Of a stretch of DNA of 64,000 nucleotides, positions 34,047 through 47,000 are shown piece by piece. A program made the translations under genes and the position numbers. The DNA is from Podarcis gaigeae (Eukaryota). Below the pieces are notes generated by a model. It made no database searches. It saw nothing but the letters and a program-made list of their open reading frames with translations, and was not told where the DNA came from. The stretch lies in assembly GCA_964106915.2 (NCBI GenBank), contig OZ066922.1; one strand, given 5' to 3'. Each line of letters starts with the position of its first letter. Within the stretch, counting starts at the first letter, position 1.

Positions 34047-34760
34047 TAGGGCTGGGTGGTGTTAGGTTTTCAACATCACGATGTACCACCAGCCAATCGC
34101 TGTGATCTTACAATACACCGCGATGTTGAAACAAGCCACGTTGGTCCGAGGTGTAGGGTAAAACTGCTGCAGCACTCACCGCAGGAGCTGAGGCACTTTC
34201 ACCCCAGTGCCTCACGGCAGGGACAATGCAACTTGTTTGCACTGCTCAGCGAGCCCAATGTCTGTTGAGGGGCTGGCAGCCACATGCCCCTGAACAGAGA
34301 AGTTTAAGGGAGGCACCCCACCCCCACGTCTGGCTTAGGTGAGGTGGAGGCTCTGTTACACTTGAGGAAGCCCTGCGAGCTACCTCTTTCTCCCAGGAAG
34401 TAGAGGCAACCCGCTCACCCCCCCCTCAAGTGTAATAGAGCCCCAACCCCACCTCTGGCTTGCTACACTTCACCGCTGAGGGGTAGGCAGCCATGCACCC
34501 CACAACCTCAAAGGAGCCATCTGCCTGTGCAGGCAGCTAAGGGAGGAACATATGCAGCTTTCTCCTCTGTCAGCAGTATGAGGGCCAGAGCGCAATGGCT
34601 GCTTCACCCAGTGGTGAAACCTTTGCTGCAGCTCGTTTCTCCCTTGCCCGCTGGTGGCAGAGGGACTCGGCGGTGACAGTTTCACCCGCAATATACTGCC
34701 AGGTGAAGCGGCCATCATGGTCTGGCCCTGGGCGATGTATCAATACATTGCCCAGGCCTA
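34047..34760. mobile_element. hAT (TAGGG-ended) non-autonomous element
   Basis: Perfect 8-bp TSD GTACAAAA (34039-34046, 34761-34768); termini TAGGGCTGGG / CCCAGGCCTA. Confidence 0.85.
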
Positions 34761-34945
34761 GTACAAAATAGAAAACCTTGTCTTCAGAGCAAAATCATCT
34801 ATTAATTTAAATCCCAGCTTCCTGACATAAGAGTTCTCTTGACATCAAGTTACTTGTGCACTTTACATAAATATATTTTAATAGCCATGGTCATCACTGG
34901 CTAATATGTTAAAATGTACTCACCATGGCTGTGGTAGATGCCATA

Positions 34946-35420
34946 CTATATTTTGCCCGGGCACTTTAGAATGCGGAATAATTTTTATCCCCCCAAAAGC
35001 CAGCATATACCATATTTTTCACCTTTTTCCTCTTAAAAACTAAGGAGAAATGCCTGTGCATCTTATGGAGCGAATGTGTGGTCCCTGGGGGAGGGACCCG
35101 GGCTTCCCCCGCCCCCAGCCCTGGGAGTGGAGGCAAGGCTGCGCGCAACCTTGCCTCCGCTCCCGGACCTGTTCTGGGGTCGGGGGAAGCTCGGGCTTCC
35201 CCCGCCCCAGCCCCGCGGCTAAAAAAGAAGCCAAGATAGCGAGCGGGATCCATCCCGCTCGCTGTCTTGGCTTCTTTGTTCTTTGGGGCTGGGGGCGGGG
35301 GAAACCCGGGCTTCCCCCATAGCCCCGAGAAGCTCTGGGAGAAGTGGACAGGCTTATTTCCCCCTCTAAAAACTAGGTGCGTCTTGTGGTCCGGTGCGTC
35401 CTGTAGAGCGAAAAATACGG
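34946..35420. mobile_element. Tc2-like MITE with GC-rich internal inverted repeats
   Basis: Right end GCGTCCTGTAGAGCGAAAAATACGG|ta; left end degenerate; internal CCCCCGCCCCCAGCCC / GGGCTGGGGGCGGGGG. Confidence 0.7.
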
Positions 35421-36290
35421 TAATATTTAAGAAAGTCATTTGAAATTATGGATTTGCTAATACAAAGCATTTCGAAAACAGCTTGAGCTTTTTATCTGAG
35501 AGCAACATCAACCCCCAACACTGATGGCGTGATAGAAAAGTACTGAATATTGCAAGAATGGATGAGCTGATAGGGTTCAACTTTTTATCATATATTGCAA
35601 TACCGATATATGTGCGGGGATAAGTGTCCCACCAGCACAAGGATTGGATTGCTGCTTGCACAACAGGACTTCCTGCCTCTTGTTCCCCTGCACAGACACC
35701 TGCACCCTCTGTAAATCTGCTTCAGAGGCTTGAGGGAAGCACCAGAGGAGATGGGCGGGGGAGAGAGAGAGGGAAAGCCCTGTTGCCTAAGCAGGAATCC
35801 TTGTGCTGGCAGGACACTTAGTGCTGCTTTGGCTCATTTTTGTAATGTGCAAATGACAAAACATTTGTTCCAGAAAACAGGTAGATGTTGAACACCAAAG
35901 TGCTAATGTTGTGAAACAATGTTCTCTTTTTATTACATGCTATAAGGATCATGCATAGCATATATCTACCTCCATATAGGTGCTCTTAACAGTTATGGAT
36001 GAATTCTTGGGTGAAGATCACAGATATCTAATGTCATGGGTGCAGACAGGGCATGACTTCCCTTTCCTGCCTTCCTCACTGTAAATCTCTATGCCATCCT
36101 AATCTGCTTCTAAGTCCTCCAAGCCCATAAAGCAGATTTTAGGGACACACTGGGGGATGGGGTGGGTAGGGAAAGTTCCATTTATGGGAGTACAACTCAC
36201 TGTTTTTCCCCTGAATTATCACCAACAGGAACGAACTTCTTGTTAAACCTTTTCATGTAACCTTAAAAAAAAAGCAGCAATGAGAACATA

Positions 36291-36337
36291 AATAAAAAGT
36301 ACTTTCAAAGCTACATGAACACTTGTCTTTTTTTATT
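36291..36337. terminator. Convergent pair of poly(A) signals (AATAAA on + at 36291-36296; AATAAA on - at 36337-36332)
   Basis: Two hexamers face each other 35 nt apart, each followed on its own strand by a GT/T-rich tract. Confidence 0.55.
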
Positions 36338-39300
36338 GAAATAGAACAAATTTTCCATGATTAACCATTTACATTAAAATTTGACGATCAAAAACCAAAA
36401 AGAGAAATTGCACTAATATATCCCGTAGTCATAGATCATTTTACTTAGGTTTTATTGTTGGTAAAAACACATAATTAGATACCTATAGCAATTCAGGCTT
36501 TTCTTAGAAGATAAACCTGACATTTGTAACAAAAAGACAATGAATACGTACATCTTCTGATAACTTTCAGCAGATTATAATTTAATAGGAATTAAAATGA
36601 CATTAGTATAAGAAACAATTGCACTTTAAAACATTTGAAAAATTAAAAAAGTACACAAAACAAAACCCCACAATTGTACATTTGTTCATAATTTTATACA
36701 CCACTATATGAACAACAGAGGTTAAGCATCTGTAACCTCAGAAATAATATTTTGTTCCCAAACGTTAGTGATGCCCAACTCCTGTTGAAATCAATACAAC
36801 AAAGTTTTCATAACTGGGTTAAGCCCTATTAATTTCAACAGAACTTGGATATGATTAACTTCCTATAGCTTAAGTCTTTTGTATATAAGTTACTCCACCA
36901 CCACCAAAAGTTGTGACCATATTCTACATAGTGGTCAGATCAGTTTTTTTTAAGTGTTTTGAATAAATGTCATGTTTGTTCAGTAGAAAGGCTGTGACAG
37001 AGCTTAAGCAAAGTAACACTTCATTGGTATTTAGTGCAAAATTTTCAAGTTGACTTTTACATGAAATGAAAATGTTGAAAATATAAGCTTCTAAAAAGGT
37101 TTCCAAACCAATATTGTACATACCCCCAACTCTGATCCAGATACTGATTCATGAATGGAAATGGGTTTCCCCTTCCTATAAATGCAACAGAGTGCTGCTT
37201 TGGACACCCCCCTCCCCCATCAAATGACTGGGGAAATATCTGCAGGGGCAGCACACCTTGCAGTGTAAGCAATACGTCAACTGATACCCTGATCATGTGT
37301 AAAGTAGAGTGAAGGGAAAGTGGGTTCCTCCCAACTTAAGTCCAGGTGTCCCTTACTGCCTACAGTATGCTCAGGGCTATCAATGCTGATGGTATTCCTG
37401 TTGAACAGGGGATACAGAGCCTTCTGGTTTCCTTGGTTCTCTGGATCAGAGCCTCTGAATACTATTTTCGTACACTAGACCCCCTTCATGCTTGAAAACA
37501 CTTTGCTTCTGAAGCTTTTGAACTATTTACTCACTATACGCTCTATGCTAACAGTGTGTCTAGAATTATTTGGTAGGTCTTTCCCCCCCCTTTTATCATG
37601 CAAGTAGCACCTCTCCCCCTAAAATTACTATTCATCCCACCCAACTCTCCAGTTTTCAACCCCCACATTCCCCTTTCCTGCTCTCCTGTTCCCAAAAATT
37701 CTTGAAATGGATTTGAGGAAACAAAGTTGTAATTGCAGTTTATGCAATTCCCGGTTTAAGCACCACTAGATTAAGCGTGCTTTAAAAAACATTTTCTACC
37801 ACCAGCAAGAGGCTTCTGCACCAATCAAGGCAGGCCTGTACTTTCTTTGTATACAGGCTGTACTATGTGCTACTTATCCCAACATTCAGCAGGAGCTCTT
37901 CCTGGTGTCAACAGCTTACCTCTGTCTAAAATAAACAAGGCTCACCAGTAAGTTTTGCATGAGATGGACATCCACAAACAGACTTTCCCCTTCATGTCCC
38001 TGCTGGCCAGAAGGAGCCCCATCTGTGCTTGTATTACGTAGGTATATGGGTTTGTGCCATGGGTTAAACATAAAGCCTCAACATACCTGTTATATTGGTT
38101 GAAATCTTTGCCGCTTAAGTGGAAGCATATGAGCTGTTTTCAATTCTTCAAGTAACTGGCTCTTTTATGAACTTGATTCCCACGAAATCCTAAAGGCTGC
38201 TTTTGCCTTAAACATTTGTAATAATCCTGAAATTGATGGGTTATTTAGGAACGCTTATGGTTTGAATTTAAATATGAAACCAAAAACAACACTGATAGCC
38301 CAATAACCACATGGACAGCGCTTCGTGTAGCAGCTACATAACTGCCAAAACCCCTTTGTGCTTGCAATTTTACAGAAACACAACTGACCTTTTGTTTCCT
38401 CTGTAGGATGCCTATTCATTAACAGCATCTGCTGCCTTAAAAATGTACTCTGGAGCAGAACTGCAGTTCTCAAAATGTTCCTTGGATTAATTATTGAGTT
38501 ATTCCATTATTCTGGCAAAACAAATGCGGTACTATGAGGGATCCTGTTGAATTAGCCATTAGTTAATCAAAATGCACCTTTGCCTCTTATAAACAAAAAG
38601 GGCTTTAAAAATATAAGTAGTTTTAGGTGGAATAGTTAGAAGACCCCATTTGCTGTAGAATTCACAAACCAGGCAAACTGAAGTTCTGTTTAAACCAGTT
38701 CGTATCTACTGGAACAATCTGAATTCCATACCTTGTAGACCTATTTGGTTGATCCTTGAATTTGAAGCAATTTTAAAAGTAACCATAAAAACACATCACT
38801 GTTTCCTCCACATTTTAGAGATAAAAAGATTTAAAGGGGAATAAGACTTACATGCAAATAAATTACACTTATCCCTGCAATGTTCTTTAGCCAGATTTAC
38901 AATCTGAAGTCTATTCTATGACTTCCTGTACCGAGTATCTAACAGTAACTACATATTTTTAAAACATGCTGTTAACAAAAGTGCTGAAGTCATGTTCTGC
39001 CAGCGTAACATGCAGATATGCCGGCACAGATGTTGAAAATCAAAGTGCTAATTAAGTACAGAAAACAATTATTTTCCTGAGAATATGCAATCTAAGGTCC
39101 ATAAGAATGAAGTCCAAACAGTCTAGTTCCTGCAGTTCAAAAATCCCCCATTTTCACAAAGCTGGAATCATGTCTCCTTTTGTTAATATTTTGGGTTCCT
39201 AATATTCAACCAGTTAGGCATAGGAATACTTACAGTACATGGCTAAGTGGGTTTTTGTATAATATTTAAATTATGTATAATTTGAAAGATTAGTGTTTGT

Positions 39301-39756
39301 GGTCGTCCTGCCTTCACATGTGCTTTTAATCCTATTTTTATCTGTGCCATACGACCAATCACTGAAAGATGGAGGTGTATAGGTAGTATAGCTTACTTCT
39401 GCACACAACGGCAGTGAAAATATTGTAATGGATTTTGCATGAGAGCTTCTGCATGGTTTGGAGAATCATTGCAGGAAAATGCATATTTGACGCCACCCTG
39501 TTTCAGCATGTTAATTATTTATATATATTTCCAGTTAGAAGCAGCTGATAAAGGCAATTTTTGTCACAATTAAGCTTTTTAAAACAAAATACTGAATTTG
39601 TGAAAATATCTTGATGGGTTCTCATTACAGGCGAGCTAACTCCATTAATAGCTCCAAACTGAGAGACTCTACTATATTGCAAACTCTATGGGTAGGACTG
39701 GGCGCATTGGTGCTTTCATCAGTCACAAGTTAAACTTAATTATTTTAAATTCATCC

Positions 39757-40269
39757 CAGGGGCGCCGACTTATAAAAAATATTGGGGGGGCAGGGGCCCA
39801 TACCGACTTATAAAAAATATTGGGGGGCCCAAGACCTCCAAACCGTTGCTGCTGGGGGAACGAAAGGGGCGAGCCCCGGGCTGCCCCGACCTTAAGTGAA
39901 CCTGTGAGGGCCCGCCCTTTGCGGCAGCCGATTGGCTGCCGCCGTGGGCGGTGAATATTAATGAGCTAGGGGGAATCCCCGCTTCTCGCGGGGCTGACGC
40001 CAGCCCCGCGAGATTGTTGATGGGTCGAGAGCCCGCAACCCCACCCCCTCTCTAGATCGGGAGTGGCTTTGTTTTAACTCATTACTGAATGTATTTTAAA
40101 AGGTAACTATCGTCAAACAAGGAAAATAAAAAATACCAACATAATTTTGTGAGTTTACAAAGCATAATATAACTAATAATTTTCTTAAATTATTGGGGGG
40201 GCGGAGCCCCCCAAACGAATTTTTGAGGGGGCTCGGGCCCCCTCAGGCCCCATGGAGTCGGCGCCTATG
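39757..40269. mobile_element. hAT (Tip100-like) MITE in the probable CRACD 3' UTR
   Basis: Perfect 8-bp TSD ATTCATCC (39749-39756, 40270-40277); TIRs CAGGGGCGCCGACT / AGTCGGCGCCTATG; CpG-rich. Confidence 0.88.
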
Positions 40270-40842
40270 ATTCATCCATAAATTATTTGCAACATTAAGA
40301 AAAGGTAATCATAGTAATACTCTCTTTACTACTACTAAGGCAGGTTTTCCAGAATCCTGTAGAGATTTATAAATTTATCAGTAAATGGTATTACTTTCTC
40401 CATTCAAAAGTGGAAACAGCATGTGCATTACATTCATTTTAGCAGCTTAAGTGGCTGGAATATCTGCTTTGCAGCAACATATTAAAAAAACACAAATGGA
40501 AATCCATACCATCAGAGCCAAAATTCAGGAACATATCGGCACCGATCCTTAAAGTGATATGAACCCCTAACACATAACATCCATGTGCTTTCAAGAGAGA
40601 TGAAACTTGAGCTTTGTGCCTAAACCTCTATTCTATAGTCCCTAGATTTTCGATGCAAGAGATTCTAAAATGTAGGTGAAATCTGCAGTGAGCCAGGAAT
40701 AATGGGTAAAACTGTTAAAAATGTTCTTCATCCTTCAGGATATGCACTTATGTTTGTCCCACTTGGTTCTGTCATGTGAAAATACAAATAAATAGGAGAG
40801 AGCAATTAATAAACAACAGAAAGAGAGCAAAACCTGCATCGT

Positions 40843-41003
40843 TTACTTAATGATTTGGGGGCAGTCACTCCAGGCCTTTGCTTTCCTCTTGGCTAAGGCC
40901 AGCCAGGCAGGTTCTGTCGACACCGGATTCGCTTCTGGCGTGGAGAATCTCTTGGTGACTTCCTTAGTCAAGGGTGACGGCGGAAGAGAATCTGAGATCT
41001 CCA
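40843..41003 (-). CDS. CRACD: CRACD last coding exon
   Basis: ttaacag|TG GAG ATC TCA...; (V)EISDSLPPSPLTKEVTKRFSTPE...WSDCPQIIK*. Confidence 0.93.
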
Positions 41004-44000
41004 CTGTTAATGAAGAAAAAGAAAAAAGATCCATCACTGCAAAGTAAAATGGCAGAAACTTACCAGAAACATTGTCATGTGCATGTTGAGTGTGGCAGTA
41101 GAGCCATTTTAACAGGCAGGCAAGAAAGTTGGAGAGAGCAAGATTTCACAGCAAAATTCAAAGGCCTGCCCAAGATTGAATTGGAAAAAGGGAGATATAC
41201 TTGAAGTGCATTCTTATTCCTTTTTTAAAAAATTCATAACAGCCAGAGTTATAGGTGTTTCTGAGGAATAACCACCCCCTCCTCCATGGTGCCCTAGCTG
41301 TGTAGGTTTCTTCCATTTTATACTGTATTTTATAAAACGTTCAGTGTTATCACAGGCGAAGGTAAACTGAGCCTGCCTCAATCTAGACTTTGTCTTTATT
41401 GTTGGTTAGTAAGTTCTGACTCTAAGTGAAAACCAAGTCCTTACTCTGGAAAAGGAAGGACTTTTGTGGCAGTTGAGAAGAAGTTCCATGTCTGTTGAGT
41501 CCTGTTTCAGGCTTCTCTTAAACTTTAGGAGGAGTTGTGTAAGAAAATAAAAGTTAATTGTTCACATCTTCCTCGACTCAAGTGTCAAAGCAGAATCCAA
41601 CAATTTCAGCTTTTGGAACAATACCCGATGATCAAGCAGCCCTGCATTCAGAGCACATGCACCCACACATATATACACTAACTACAAAAACTGGTGCGTA
41701 CCAGGGGACCAAGAGTTCCTTAAAGCAGTAGATTGCTACAAAAGCCTAAAATCGGGGGAAATAATTTTGAAGCATTTCTCCATCACCTGTTCTCTGCATG
41801 GCCACAACAATGCACAAGTTTTAATTCATCTGAAGCTGCAGAAGCATTCATCATTGGAAGCTGAATTTATAGCTGTGGACAGCATAAAGGGATTCGAACC
41901 ATTCACCCTACTTTCTCATCTAAGTTTGTTGGGCATGAATTCTTTCAAAAAACATTACACTCCTAAGGAGAGGACTGCCTACCTTTCTGACATGCTATAC
42001 TAATGAAAAGTTTCCTACTTATATTTGTTAATGGTTATTTTAGGGCTGGTATACTAAGTCAGTGTTGGAAACAAAATTAGTTAATTGGAGTTGAACTTAT
42101 TCTCCTGGTTCAGACATGACAAATCACAGGAGGACTTTTTTTTAATCGGGCAGGGACTGTGCGGGAAGGGGGAGTTGTGTATCTACCCAGGACGGAGAGA
42201 TATATTCATGATTAAATCCTGCTTAAGACAAACTGTGGCAAATGTGACTTACGTTTTGTTTTTTTGTCTACTGTTCCCCCTGAAGGTGGGGAGTGAACCA
42301 TGGGAAATGGAGACTTCATGTTACATGCCGTATATGATCAACTGTATCATTAGGAAGCAAGAATTGGGGTGGGGGGTGGGGATATTGTAGAAGTGTTTTT
42401 AAATGCTTTGGAAAATTGTTCACTGTACACTGGGACATCTCTTGAGATTGTGTAACCAAATCTTGCATGTTGTTTCTGGAGATCAGGGAGAGGTTTACAT
42501 CTAAATTTGGATATTGTTGGCTGCCATTTTGAATTAAGATGGCAGACTGAACCTTTCAAAATTGTACTGATATTTTTTGGTGCCTTAGAATTCCCATGCA
42601 ATGCCAGATATACGGCAGTTAGTAAACAGTAAAATAACACAAAACAAAACAGAATTTTCTGAGGAACTTCCTGCACAGATTATCTCTCTGTTTCATCATA
42701 ATCTCTTCAAAGACATCTGTAACCTTGAAAAACAAAACCTTTGGAAAGATACAGCATGCTTTTGGGAGAAACCATAATTAGTCTTGCATTTCTCTGACCT
42801 GTTTTTTTACCAGTAGGAATTCTAAGCCTGCAGAAGCTGATTCCTTTTGACTCTTTAACGTTTGAGAGATTGGTAGACTTCAAAAGCTTTTATAGCAGGG
42901 CTGAAATATCTTGTTTACTTGCTGCACCAGCTGAATAAGCTTTACATGCAAATACTCCAAAATATGTTGGTTTTCAAACAATATTCTGAGCTTTGGGGGT
43001 AATAAGTATATAATTATAAGGATGCAAGTTGGGTGAAGCAGGTGGCTGGAAGAGGGGGGAGCGGAGAGAGGCACTGGTACTGGGTGACATCAGACACCCT
43101 TCCTTCCTTCCCTGTAAAAGCAGTTGCCTCCAAGAGCCTGTTGTTTCTGAGAGGCATTTTCATCAGGACTAGGTCCCACTGAACCTGCTGGCCATCAGTC
43201 CACATGGCTGTAACTCTTCGGTGCACTCCCCAAACTAGCCCCCATTGCATTGGTGCTGGAAAGTGACAATCTAAGGCCAGCCTGCCAGGTATGGGTAGGT
43301 GTGTGGGTGTGGTCAGCAAGGAAACACCAAAAGGGATTGGCTATTTGGGTTGTGTCTTTGGGGCTCACCCCCTTTTATTGTTTTCTCAGGCATGGTATGG
43401 TGAAGTTTGCCCTTCTCATCCTGTTTTTCCGTAGCATTTTATTTATAGCATTTAAAATACACCGAACAGACTCAAAACCTGACAAGTCATCAGCGCAGCA
43501 AAAATATTCACATTAACAATTCATCCACCCATCTTTACTCTGCATAAGCTGTGGCAACAAAAGGAGATACCAGGTTTCAATTAGGCAGTCCCAACTGTCT
43601 GCATGTGGAAGCAATCTCCGCTCTTCCTCACAGAGGAAACTGAAGACGCACACACAAATGAATGATACAAGGAGCAATCTGCATGAGAAATCAGGTTTCC
43701 ATGTCTGGATTGCTCCTACCTCAAGTACAAGGAGTCGATGTGGAATGAGGGTGTGTGTGAGAACGCCATACATTCAGCTTGTGGAGTAGTCCTTTCTCCC
43801 CTTGATTTAGAGTTCCCTGGGAAAAACTGCAACCCTCCCAAATCTATCTCCCTTTTGGAAAGAACACAGAATTCCTCCTTCCCAACTTTTGCCACTCATC
43901 TTGAAACAGGAGCCAGTTGGTTTCCCACAACGTTACTATCCTGAGAAAAGTTCTAAGAATTCTAAGTTGTTGATACCAAAACCAACAGCCATGGTATCAG

Positions 44001-47000
44001 TTTTTAATGCCAGAGCTCAACCCTAGAATAGATGAGGGAAGGGCAGAAGCAAAGTGCTTCATTTATCTCCTCCGCAAAAATAAATGGTTTCCAAAGCTAT
44101 GGCTCTATCATGTGAACAAGGATTGCAATAGTAAATAACATGGTATACATAAAACTTTACTCCCCCTTGCCACCCTTGTGGGTTACCCTACCATGAAATA
44201 AAATTCATTGCCCCTCTTGTTTCTATCAGCTAATCAGCCTGCAGGTTTTAAAGGCACAGTTTAAGAGTCACACAAAAGAAACAGTAATTAGGCAGTATAA
44301 TCTAGGAACTTAATGGTTTCGGTGCGCTAGAGGGAACAACGTATTTATTATACTAGCGCATTATTCATTAGTATAACAGCTTTCTCAGCCATCTGCCAGC
44401 ATTATATCCAGGCACGTACCTATCAAAGGCCATGTTTTCAAGAGGAATTTGCTAATTCCAAAAGGAGAAAGGCAGAATTTCCCTTTCTTTTTTTCCCAAG
44501 CCATGAGCAGTAAGCAGCCTATTCAAACCAAGCTGTAAAATCTGAATTCATCCAGTTTGTCGATAAATGGGTATTCAGCTCTACGGGCGTTGAGTAGAAA
44601 TGACAAGGAAACTAAGCACAATATTCATCCAACCTCCATCTAGTCAAACACCGAGGCCACAACTCCCACTAAGGCATATTAGTAATTGGAGGTTAGCTGA
44701 GTATGGTAAGATTTGCCTCCAGGTGACAAGATGAGAAAATGTGTGTGAATCAGAACAGGAGTTCTTCCAGGCTGCTGGTAATCTGCAACGTATGAGTAAC
44801 CTAGGCATGCTAGTAATGAATAAATGATATTATTTTTTGTGTGAGCTAGTTAGCTACGAGCACCCTCAGTGCTCAGGTCAGGTCAGCAAAGTTATGGAAC
44901 TTGCTCCATTTGAAAGTGTTGGTTTTCTGAAGCACTGAGCCTCAAAAGCCCATGACACCATGCTGAGAAACAAGCCAGAAAATAAAATTTTCTCTTCAAA
45001 TATAGTATGGGGGAGCGGAGGACATAGCATGAGTCAACAGGGGAGCCATTCAGAGATCACAAAAACGTCAAGGTTGTCAATAACTGTGACAAAAAAAACC
45101 ATACCTGTCACAGATGTAGGAAGAGTGTTGGATTTTTTAAGCTGTTCTCTGCGTTCAAACCTTGACAGAGGAGTCTCAGCTTTCTTCTCTTCCTGGGCTG
45201 CAGGTCTAGGCAGGGTACTAGTTCTGCTGCTGCTGCTGCTACTACTACTACTACTTTTAGTATCTGTCTGATTGCTGATACTGGCCTAGCGCAAAGAACA
45301 ACAACAACAAAAACCACATTACATTTATAATATTTCATTATAACATAATAATAATATATTTACAGTACAATCTTATACACTTGTAGCCCCACTGAGTTCA
45401 GACTACCACATAAGTGGGTTGTAAGACTGCAGCTTTGGTAATCATAGAATTGCAGCCTAGATGAATTAGCACTCACCTAGGAATAAGCCCCAGACCAGGG
45501 GTACACAACCTAAGGCCCAGGGACCAGATGCGGCCCAATCACCTCAATCTGGCCCGCGGACGGTACAGGAATCAGCGTGCTTTTACATGAGTAGAATGTG
45601 TCCTTTTATTTAAAATGCATCTCTGGATTATTTGTGGGGCATAGGAATTCATTCATTTCCCCCCAAAAAAATATAGTCTGGCCCGCCACATGGTCTGAGG
45701 GATGGTGGACTGGCCCACAGCTGAAAAAGGTTGCTGACCCCTGCACCAGACTGACAAGCAAATGAACCAATAATGCGACAATGTCATTTCCTCCAATTTT
45801 CTCATTTGTCCAATTGTAAGTTTTGTTCTCCATCTTTCCACATTAGTTTGTGTGTGTGTGTTTTTTAAAAAAAACCCTCATGAAAATTCATCAGCCTTCT
45901 AGTGTGAATTTCTTTTGCAAGGCAGTTTCATGTTATATAGAAATGTATGCTATATACACCCCCACAAATGTATATAATTTCACTAATATGCATTCCCCAA
46001 GCATACTTAATCCCCAATAGAATGCATTTCTGTCCACATTACATGGCACTGCCAAATTCAGAGAAGTGGCAAATTTCGAAGGGCGGTGGCTGAAAAGTGA
46101 AAACAAAGTAGGCTTGCCTTTGCCAGGTGTACGAAATTGAATTATTCCCTCATATCTCTGCTTCTGAGTAAACAGCATAGATTGCATTACATACTTCATT
46201 ACAGCGTTCACATGGTTAGTGTCAGACTATGACTATGGCCATGAAGCTCACTGAGTGACCTTGAGCCAATCACTGCCTCTCAGTCCAACCTACCTCACAT
46301 GGTTGTTGTGGGAATTAAATGAGGAAGGGGAGAACTATGTATGACACCTTGAGGTGGTAAGGCAGCAAACAAGATAAAATAATGTAAGCCACCAGAATGG
46401 CCACAAAAAGCTGAAAACTGCAGCAGAGCAAACCAAGCACAGACACAAACTTCCTCTGTCCTCACATGCTTGGCTTTCAGGGTTGCAAGAGACAGTTGCA
46501 TGTTCCCTAAGGTATGGGAGGGACGCAGGTGGTGCTCTGGGTTAAACCAGAGAGCCTAGGACTTGCCAATCAGAAGGTCGGCAGTTCAAATCCCCGCAAT
46601 GGGGTGAGCTCCCATTGCTTGGTCCCTGCTCCTGCCAACCTAGCAGTTCGAAAGCATGTCAAAGTGCAAGTAGATAAATAGATACTGCTCCGGCAGGAAG
46701 GTAAACGGCGTTTCCGTGTGCTGCTCTGGTTCGCCAGAAGCGGCTTAGTCATGCTGGCCACATGACCCGGAAGCTGTATGCCGACTCCCTCGGCCTGTAA
46801 AGTGAGATGAGCGCCGTAACCCCACAGTTGGCCACGACTGGACCTAATGGTCAGGGGTCCCTTTACCTTTACCTTTAAGGTATGGGAAGTGCTGCAGCTC
46901 CACTTCCCTCCTAACTGTCCAGTTCCTTTTTGGTTTGGCTGCACTCTGCATTTGGACTGACCCCAGATTTTTCCATGTATCAGACGACCCCTATTTTGGG

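Noticed and set aside
41004-41037. N-terminal extension MMDLFSFSSLT of the last CRACD exon ORF
   Set aside because: This is the polypyrimidine tract; the acceptor at 41003 restores the conserved TSVT-VEISDS junction.
42450-43800. Possible extra CRACD exon in the last intron
   Set aside because: The frames I checked hit stop codons and I found no convincing acceptor/donor pair in the right phase.
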